This document shows positions 57,901 through 64,000 of a stretch of 64,000 nt of DNA, one piece after another. The first letter of the stretch is position 1. Each line of letters starts with the position of its first letter. The translations under genes and the position numbers were made by a program. The DNA is from a virus, in IMG/VR virus record IMGVR_UViG_3300027714_000005; one strand, given 5' to 3'. The notes beneath the pieces were generated by a model that worked only from the letters and a program-made list of their open reading frames with translations, ran no database searches and was not told the DNA's origin.

Positions 57901-60421
57901 TGGTGCAACGATTACTAATGGTAGTCTTGTATATGTTACAGGTTCTACAGCTGGAGTTCCTACGGTTGCTCCCGCACGTTCCAACTCCTTTACAACCTAT
58001 AAAGCAATTGGTATGGCGACTCAAGATATCGTCAACAATTCAGTCGGTTTTGTTACCGAGACAGGTTTTGTAAATGATGTTAATACAGGTGGATTTACTG
58101 AAGGTGCAACTCTTTATCTATCTCCTGATTCTGCGGGTGTATTTACTACAACAGAACCTACTGGTGGAGATTTCCCATATACAGTTGGTTGGGTAATTAC
58201 TGCTGATTCATCTGCGGGTCGAGTATTGGTTCGTAACTCTACCGAGACATTTGATAATGTCCGTGCAACACATGATATAGTTGCGGATAGAAAAATAACT
58301 GCGGATAGTGCTGAATTCAATCTAGTGCAGATGTCAAACTCTGAGTACACTGGTGCGGTTGTTCCAACGTTGCGTGAAGGTAACCTGTTCTACATGAATG
58401 GCCCTGACGCACTAGCGTATCAGAATGCTGACGTAACTATAAAACTTTCTCAAGATGATGTTACTCGTGTATATAACAACAGTGGTACTAGTATCGCAAA
58501 GGGTAAGGCAGTATACGTATCTGGCGCATCCAGTGACTTCCCTACCATTGCACTTGCAAGGTCGAATGCGTTCTCTACTGTTCAAAACACACTTGGTCTT
58601 ACTGCACACGTAATTGCAAACGGTGCCTTTGGTTTCGTAACAACTCGTGGTTGTTTTGGTGGTATTAACACTGCGGCATTTTCTGCGGGTAATAGAGTAC
58701 ACGTATCCCCTGATTCTGCGGGTGAGTTGGTAACTGTCAACCCAGTATTCCCCAACTACGCATTTGAGATTGGTACAGTACTTGTTGCTGACTCCGCTAG
58801 TGCTGGTGGTGTAGGTGGTTGTATTCAGGTTGACCCGAAATCGGAAGTATTTGAAACAGTACGAGTTGATGGTGTATCAAGATTCGATGGTAATGTAACT
58901 ATCGCAGGTAACTTGAACATCCTTGGTTCCGAGTCTAAGACTACGGTTGCCACTCTTGCGGTTGGTGACCAGTTTATCTCTGTACAAGAAGGTGACACAA
59001 TCACTACTGTACTACGTACTGGTGACTCAGGTGTCAACAACGTACTCTTTAAGGATCATTATAAGGGTGACGATACACAAACATACTTTGTACAAATCTA
59101 CGATGCGGATAGTGCTGCTGCGGGTGATGTCATTCGATGGGGTCTTGACTCTGCGAATGGTGGGCCGGGCATTGGTGCGTTCAAACACGTAGGATTCGAT
59201 TCTGCGGGTGGAGACTCTGATTGGAACTTAAAGACTAATGGTCTAACAAACATTCCACTACGTTTCAATATTACTCTAGATGTTGGTACAGACAACGGTC
59301 ACGATAGTGGTGACGTATGGAAAGGTGCCGCTGCACCACTTAACGAAGACTTTGGTTTCTTTGGTAACTACAATACGGGTTCACAACCCTTTACTCATGC
59401 GGGTATGTTCTATGATGCATCCGCAACTAAGTTTAAGTTCTTTGATAGATACGACCTTGATATCGCAGGAAACGTAAATACTAGTGGTGGTAACTTCGCA
59501 CTAGGTGATGTGGAAGCCGCATCCTTTACTGGTGCCTTGACTGGTGCGGTAACTGGTAATGCCTCTACCGCAACACTCCTACAGAATGCAAGAACCATTG
59601 CAATCAATGGTGATGTTACTGGTACTGCAACCTCATTCAACGGTGGTTCATCTATCAGTATCGCAGCTGCGATTACTGCTGGTTCGATTATCAATGCTGA
59701 TATTAAGTCCGATGCCGCAATTGTAGACACTAAACTTGCTACAATCGCTACTGCGGGTAAGGTAAATAACTCTGCAACAACTGCTACTGCCGCAAACACT
59801 GGGTCTGCAATCATTGCCCGTAATGCGAGTGGTAACTTTGCGGGTGGTACATTCACTGGTGAAGTCAACCGTGATGCACAAACTACAGTAACCGCAGGAA
59901 CATATGGTTCTGCAACTGCAATCCCTGTCCTTACAATTGACGCAAATGGTTTTGTTGATAGTGCTGGAACGATTGGTGTATCAGGTATCACTGGTGTAAC
60001 ATACGACTCAAGTAATGGTAATCTTACTATCGCAACAAGCGGAGATGACTTTGTTGATAACATTAACCTAAGTCCATTCACTACTGCGAACTTGGCCGAG
60101 AACACCAATCTCTACTACACCAACGCAAGAGCAAGAGCATCTATCGCAGGTCGTAACGGACTTGCATATAATGCTTCTACTGGTGTGATGGATATTGACT
60201 CTGCGAATGTTAGAGGAATGTTTAGTGCAAGTGGTCAACTTGCTTACAACTCAGGTACTGGTGCGTACACATTTACTAACAGATCAAATGCCGACACATT
60301 GACCGCAATCAAAGCAGTGGATGGTGCCTCAAGTGGTTTGGATGCGGACTTGTTAGATGGACAACACGGTGCACACTACCGCATCAACGTATACAATAAC
60401 GCAGGTTCGTTGTTAAACTAA
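54905..60421 (+). CDS. Long tail-fibre / virion fibre protein
   Basis: G/S/T/A-rich; EG.NLYYT.AR repeats, YN.STG.F repeats, two cement-like domains, GTYGSAT.IPV.T, C-terminal GLDADLLDG.HG; start reassigned to MADKII. Confidence 0.8.
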   Translation: MADKIIVKKVVVGTPIKRVTAGAFSIANLAGVDVTATESDGSILAYNKLSGKWEITNLRTDANINLNFDSAQNKYTFGFDNTAFTGSLIPDSNEAYDLGSATKRFRDIYLSGNTIGLGTLSLKDSGGDLIIVDSQNNKLNLGISLSTNNTAIMSFDSNAGTFVFNDSDIARTNINETFHQGVTVVNGATVDSATITNIANSVLTGKAATLDSAAIGNLLVTGNTILQGNLTITGTETVVNTETINLADNTIILNSNATGAPSQNSGIEVERGDSANKSFLWDETNDYWTLGSESLVTTGKVLFGNMYSAEGDLPSASTYHGMFAHVHGTGKGYFSHAGAWHKLLDETSSTTASLTEGSNLYYTRARFDSALGDATSTASVRGYVSGDKGLVYNSSTGVFDIDSANIKGMFSATGDLTYNSSTGAFSFDVEDVYTKVNFDSDLGDALVGGTGISYDSSSDTISITNTGVAAATYGSATQIPVFTVNAQGQLDSAGTVAVAGVTSFTFDSSDGDISIGTADGATFTTRINLSPFTTSTLTEQGNLYYTDVRARNSQSVTDAGGDGSLSYNTSTGVLTYTGPSASETRAHFSAGGDMTYDSSTGRFSIDVEQIYTKANFDSDFLSRLVTQIDSAGITTATIGTLNNTTLVGSQATFDSATITTLTNTNMVGSQATFDSANITALGGITGFDATSTSTLRGLFSAGGDLTYNASTGQYSFDVETVYTKANFDSDLGDANTAQLPEGTNLYYTTARSDSDFDIRLATKTTANVTEGSNLYYTTARSDSDFDIRLATKSTTNVSEGNNLYYTTARADSDAKASLLVNDAGGDGSLAYDSATGVFTYTGPSASEVRAHLTANRGLSVTSGGQFNIDSANVKGMFSVTDAGGDGSLSYSNGVITYTGPSATEVRAHLSAGTGVTYSGGAISIGQDVGTSADVTFDKLTVDSAIADHLDLIPQSPNPNKVRGRIFYDSAEEALSYYNSTADITVNVGQEFLIRVKNETGATITNGSLVYVTGSTAGVPTVAPARSNSFTTYKAIGMATQDIVNNSVGFVTETGFVNDVNTGGFTEGATLYLSPDSAGVFTTTEPTGGDFPYTVGWVITADSSAGRVLVRNSTETFDNVRATHDIVADRKITADSAEFNLVQMSNSEYTGAVVPTLREGNLFYMNGPDALAYQNADVTIKLSQDDVTRVYNNSGTSIAKGKAVYVSGASSDFPTIALARSNAFSTVQNTLGLTAHVIANGAFGFVTTRGCFGGINTAAFSAGNRVHVSPDSAGELVTVNPVFPNYAFEIGTVLVADSASAGGVGGCIQVDPKSEVFETVRVDGVSRFDGNVTIAGNLNILGSESKTTVATLAVGDQFISVQEGDTITTVLRTGDSGVNNVLFKDHYKGDDTQTYFVQIYDADSAAAGDVIRWGLDSANGGPGIGAFKHVGFDSAGGDSDWNLKTNGLTNIPLRFNITLDVGTDNGHDSGDVWKGAAAPLNEDFGFFGNYNTGSQPFTHAGMFYDASATKFKFFDRYDLDIAGNVNTSGGNFALGDVEAASFTGALTGAVTGNASTATLLQNARTIAINGDVTGTATSFNGGSSISIAAAITAGSIINADIKSDAAIVDTKLATIATAGKVNNSATTATAANTGSAIIARNASGNFAGGTFTGEVNRDAQTTVTAGTYGSATAIPVLTIDANGFVDSAGTIGVSGITGVTYDSSNGNLTIATSGDDFVDNINLSPFTTANLAENTNLYYTNARARASIAGRNGLAYNASTGVMDIDSANVRGMFSASGQLAYNSGTGAYTFTNRSNADTLTAIKAVDGASSGLDADLLDGQHGAHYRINVYNNAGSLLN
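57124..57340 (+). repeat. Coding tandem repeat (~87 bp) EG.NLYYTTARSDSDFDIRLATK
   Basis: Three consecutive copies in translation, first two near-identical in DNA. Confidence 0.85.
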
Positions 60422-60435
60422 GGATAAATAGATAA

Positions 60436-61236
60436 ATGTCACAATACAATAGAATAACAAGCCGATCCCAGTTTGTCGATTACTGTCTCCGTAGATTGGG
60501 ACACCCCGTGATCGAAATCAACGTGGACGATGAACAAATTGAAGACCGTGTTAACGATGCGTTACAACTGTTTGGTGAATACAATGGTGAGGGTAGTTAC
60601 CGAATTTACGTTACAATCACCATAACAGCTGCAATGGTATCTAGAGGTAGTATTGATTTCGATTTGGACGAAGGGCTACTACCGTCAGGTATAAACCCAG
60701 ATGACATATTGAGTATTTTGCGAGTACTTCCGTTTGACACTTCATCTAGTAGCACTAGTTTCATGGACGCTAAATATCAAATGCGTCTTAATGATATTCA
60801 TGGTATGCAAAATGGTCTGGCTGACATTGCGGGTTACGAACAAATGCAACAGTACCTGAGTCTCATTGATATGAAACTGACGGGTACTCCACAGATTCAA
60901 TGGACAAGACAGGGTAACGCCTTACAGATATTTGGTGATCTTGGTGGAACTGGAGACCTCAAGGCTGGTAAATCAATCGTGGCTGAAATGTATGTTGCGA
61001 CAAGTGCCAACGCTAATGGTAAACTATATAATAATATATTCCTGAAAGAATACGCAACCGCACTCATAAAAGAACAGTGGGGTGCAAACCTTATTAAGTT
61101 TGAAGGAATGGTACTGCCTGGCGGTGTTCAACTTAATGGTAGACAAATTTACGAAGATGCCAAATCGGAAATCGAAGTTATTCGTCAACGCATATATAAT
61201 GAGTATGACACTCCACCAGACTTCTTTGTAGGATAA
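60436..61236 (+). CDS. gp13: Neck protein gp13
   Basis: DYCLRRLG.PVIEINVDDEQIEDR, LKEYATALIK.QWG.NL.KF.G..LPGGV.LNG. Confidence 0.95.
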   Translation: MSQYNRITSRSQFVDYCLRRLGHPVIEINVDDEQIEDRVNDALQLFGEYNGEGSYRIYVTITITAAMVSRGSIDFDLDEGLLPSGINPDDILSILRVLPFDTSSSSTSFMDAKYQMRLNDIHGMQNGLADIAGYEQMQQYLSLIDMKLTGTPQIQWTRQGNALQIFGDLGGTGDLKAGKSIVAEMYVATSANANGKLYNNIFLKEYATALIKEQWGANLIKFEGMVLPGGVQLNGRQIYEDAKSEIEVIRQRIYNEYDTPPDFFVG

Positions 61237-61240
61237 CATA

Positions 61241-62143
61241 ATGGCAACGAACCCGTATTTCAAACAAGGTGTTCGTTCTGAACAAAACGTCTACGAGGAC
61301 ATCATAATTGAAGCCCTCCAGATGTATGGACAGGACGTATATTACCTCCCACGAGAAATCGTTAACAAGGATTCAATCTTTCTTGATGACATCCCGTCAC
61401 GTTTTGGTTCTGCATACAAGATAGAAATGTATATCGAGAACACCGAAGCGTTTGATGGAGAGGGAGACTTATTCACCAAATTTGGAATCGAACTCCGAGA
61501 CCAAGCAAACTTCATCGTCTCTAGAAAGAGATGGAAACAACTTGTCGGTGCACGTCTAGCGGAAACGGCAAACTTCCGTCCACGTGAAGGTGACCTAATC
61601 TTCTTGTCATTGTCCAAGTCTATCTTCGAGATCCGTAAGGTAGAGACTGAGAGTCCATTTTTCCAGTTACAAAATCTTCCCACGTTCCGTATGCAGTGTG
61701 AACTGTTTGAATACAGTGACGAAGACTTTGATACTGATGTTGTTGATATTGACATGGTGGAAGGTGAAGGTGCATTCCAATACTCCTTGACACTCGACTC
61801 CTCTGGTTTATACAACAACCTTGCTGGTACAACTGGTACTAGTTTCACGATTGGTGAACAGGTATTGCAGACTTTCACTGGATATGACATGGTAGGTGAA
61901 ATTACTCGTTGGAGTGATTCTGACAACACCTTACATATCGGACACGCAGGTGCAACTGATGGTAAGTATCATGTTTTCGTAACAGGCAGATCGGTTACCG
62001 GACAATCTTCGGGTAGGGTCGCTAAACCTACTCTTGTTGCAGAATTACAAGAGATTCAGAAAGACGCACAGAACAAAACCTTTAATGACTTCGAAGCCGA
62101 CTTCCTCGACTTCTCTGAGTCCAATCCGTTCGGAGACTTGTAA
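61241..62143 (+). CDS. gp14: Neck protein gp14
   Basis: NPYF, EQ..EDIIIE...YGQDVYYLPR, KFG.E.RD, RP.EGDLI, CELFEYS, DFSESNPFG. Confidence 0.95.
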   Translation: MATNPYFKQGVRSEQNVYEDIIIEALQMYGQDVYYLPREIVNKDSIFLDDIPSRFGSAYKIEMYIENTEAFDGEGDLFTKFGIELRDQANFIVSRKRWKQLVGARLAETANFRPREGDLIFLSLSKSIFEIRKVETESPFFQLQNLPTFRMQCELFEYSDEDFDTDVVDIDMVEGEGAFQYSLTLDSSGLYNNLAGTTGTSFTIGEQVLQTFTGYDMVGEITRWSDSDNTLHIGHAGATDGKYHVFVTGRSVTGQSSGRVAKPTLVAELQEIQKDAQNKTFNDFEADFLDFSESNPFGDL

Positions 62144-62922
62144 TGTTTGGAACATGGTTTTATCATAAGAGAGTAAGAACTGCGGTATCTGTATTTGGGT
62201 CGATGTTCAACAACCTACATGTCCTCCGTCACAATAGTGCGGGGGAGACAGTATCACAGGTTAAAGTACCTCTGTCATATGCACCAAAGAGAAACTTCAT
62301 CTCACGTTTGGATGAGATGAGTAAGGGTGAGGATGCAGAACGTAGGGTTGCTATTAAGTTACCTCGTATGTCGTTTGAGATTACAAACATGGCATATGAC
62401 CCGTCACGACAGTTACCCAAGGTAAACAAAATCTCTAAAGCGAGTAATGAGATAACTAAACGACAGAAGATTTACACATCTACTCCGTATACAATCTCGT
62501 TTCAGTTAAACATCTATGCAAAATCACAGGACGATGCGTTACAACTTGTTGAACAGATTCTACCATATTTTGCACCACAGTACACCGCAACGATTAAACC
62601 CTTTGCAGATATTCCCACACTAACCGAAGATGTTCCTATCTCTATGTCGGGCATAACCTTCCAAGATGATTACGAGGGTTCGATAGAACAACGTAGGACT
62701 ATTATATATACATTAGACTTCGAAATGAAAATTGCGTTATACGGGCCCGAAGGGACTGGTGAGATTATTCGTGATGTCCGAAACAACTTCTTCTTACAAG
62801 AAACTGGATTACGGGACAGTGACACATATCTCAAGACGCAGAAGATTACTCCGAATCCATCTAGTGTTGCTGCGGACAGTGACTATGGATTTACTACAGT
62901 AGACTTGGATAGCAGTGGATAA
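62143..62922 (+). CDS. gp15: Tail sheath stabilizer/terminator gp15
   Basis: FYH..R..V..FG..FN, KVPLSYAPK, LPRMSFE, QLVEQILPYF.P, RR.IIYTL.F. Confidence 0.95.
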   Translation: MFGTWFYHKRVRTAVSVFGSMFNNLHVLRHNSAGETVSQVKVPLSYAPKRNFISRLDEMSKGEDAERRVAIKLPRMSFEITNMAYDPSRQLPKVNKISKASNEITKRQKIYTSTPYTISFQLNIYAKSQDDALQLVEQILPYFAPQYTATIKPFADIPTLTEDVPISMSGITFQDDYEGSIEQRRTIIYTLDFEMKIALYGPEGTGEIIRDVRNNFFLQETGLRDSDTYLKTQKITPNPSSVAADSDYGFTTVDLDSSG

Positions 62923-62925
62923 TAT

Positions 62926-63291
62926 ATGAGTGATACAAGTAACGATAAGAATATCAAAGATGACTATACTACCTCCCGTGAAACCTATCACGATATAATC
63001 GAGAAGGGTAAGGAGAGTATGGAGTTGATGATTGAGGTGGCACGTGAGAGTGAACACCCCCGTGCTTTTGAAGTACTATCTGGTATGATGAAGAACATGG
63101 CAGATGTCACTGACAAACTGATGGACTTGAATAAGAAACACAAGGAAATCAACCAGACCGATGAACCCAAACAAATTGGTGGTACAACTACCAATAACCT
63201 GTTCGTAGGAACTACTACAGACCTACAACGTCTTATACAGAATGAAAAACAAGTGGATACCATAATAGATGTCGAACCCGAACAGGAATGA
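62926..63291 (+). CDS. gp16: Terminase small subunit gp16
   Basis: DY..SR..Y...IEKG, ARESEHPRAFEV, TNNLFVG.T.DLQ. Confidence 0.92.
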   Translation: MSDTSNDKNIKDDYTTSRETYHDIIEKGKESMELMIEVARESEHPRAFEVLSGMMKNMADVTDKLMDLNKKHKEINQTDEPKQIGGTTTNNLFVGTTTDLQRLIQNEKQVDTIIDVEPEQE

Positions 63292-64000
63292 ATCCTATCT
63301 AGGTAACATTAATGTTAAGCGTGATGGAGTTCAACATAGTTTTACCGAATGGGAAATCAAAGAATACTTAAAGTGTTCGAGTGACCCTGTATACTTCTGT
63401 AAGAATTATCTAAAAGTAATCTCTCTGGATGACGGGTTAGTGCCGTTTGACTTGTATCCATATCAAGAGACTATGTTTGACCACTTCAATAACAACCGAT
63501 TCTCTATCGTACTTGCGTGTAGACAGTCAGGTAAATCAATCAGTTCGGTTGGTTACATACTCTGGTTTGCGGTCTTCCACAGTGAGAAGGTCATTGCTGT
63601 ACTTGCGAATAAAGGTTCTACTGCAAGGGAGATGTTGGGTCGTGTCACACTCATGTTGGAGAACCTTCCGTTCTTCCTTCAGCCAGGAACTAAGGCACTC
63701 AACAAGGGTTCTATCGAATTCAGTAACAACTCACGTATCATTGCCGCATCTACCTCTGGTAGTTCTATTCGTGGTATGTCGGTTAACCTATTGTTCCTAG
63801 ATGAGTTTGCGTTTGTTGAACGTGCAAATGAGTTCTACACATCTACCTATCCGGTAATCTCTGCGGGTAAAGATACTAAGGTTATCATTACATCTACCGC
63901 AAATGGCATCGGTAATACGTTCCATAAGATATGGGAAGGTGCGGTACAGAAGGTAAATGACTTCATTCCGTTTACAGTGAACTGGTATGATGTGCCGGGC
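63269..64000 (+). CDS. gp17: Terminase large subunit gp17 (3'-truncated by window edge)
   Basis: Manually translated MSNPNRNESYLGN.NVK; KC..DPVYF, LYPYQ, Walker A RQSGKS, LANK, Walker B LFLDEFAF, ITST.NG. Confidence 0.95.
   Translation, partial: MSNPNRNESYLGNINVKRDGVQHSFTEWEIKEYLKCSSDPVYFCKNYLKVISLDDGLVPFDLYPYQETMFDHFNNNRFSIVLACRQSGKSISSVGYILWFAVFHSEKVIAVLANKGSTAREMLGRVTLMLENLPFFLQPGTKALNKGSIEFSNNSRIIAASTSGSSIRGMSVNLLFLDEFAFVERANEFYTSTYPVISAGKDTKVIITSTANGIGNTFHKIWEGAVQKVNDFIPFTVNWYDVPG

Noticed and set aside
63447-63800. 117-aa ORF listed in the ORF track
   Set aside because: Out-of-frame overlap within terminase gp17, which runs from 63269 past the window end

Overview
A 64-kb segment of a T4-like (T4 superfamily) myovirus genome, probably infecting a Gram-negative host. 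It has four blocks. (1) 1-15.4 kb: an accessory cluster of glycan-building and glycan-decorating enzymes (carbamoyltransferase, radical SAM, several glycosyltransferases, sulfotransferases, methyltransferases, HAD-nucleotidyltransferase fusion). A late-promoter-driven porin + TctA + TctC transporter unit is embedded in it, followed by a nuclease, GroES and tRNA-Asn. (2) 15.7-22.8 kb: a minus-strand late operon, small sigma70-promoter genes, gp33 and gp32. (3) 23-47 kb: tail and baseplate genes (tape measure, gp51/gp26, gp54-like, gp2, gp4, gp48, gp53, hub, a split gp5 region, gp25, gp6, gp7, gp9/10-like, gp8, VrlC-like). (4) 47-64 kb: fibre genes, neck gp13/14, gp15, gp16 and a partial gp17. 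The most striking observation is two paralogous late proteins (47992-50094, 50105-52543). Their low-complexity regions read as self-complementary sequences of 4-residue units. The N- and C-proximal arms match in register with a consistent pairing code (xRTR opposite xGNY, xAxY opposite xGNY, xTxY opposite xGNF, xSxY opposite xRNF). This predicts one giant antiparallel beta-hairpin and one Y-branched hairpin, with the only Lys of each repeat region at a KSG tip. They are followed by a glycosyltransferase and a 2OG-Fe(II)-like oxygenase. Other notable items are a candidate -1 frameshift fusing gp26 to gp51, a 30-bp in-frame double-palindrome inside a methyltransferase, Asp-Ser enrichment in virion proteins, and a kinase with a capsid-targeting-like N-terminus. 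All calls come from manual motif and synteny recognition; no database searches were run.
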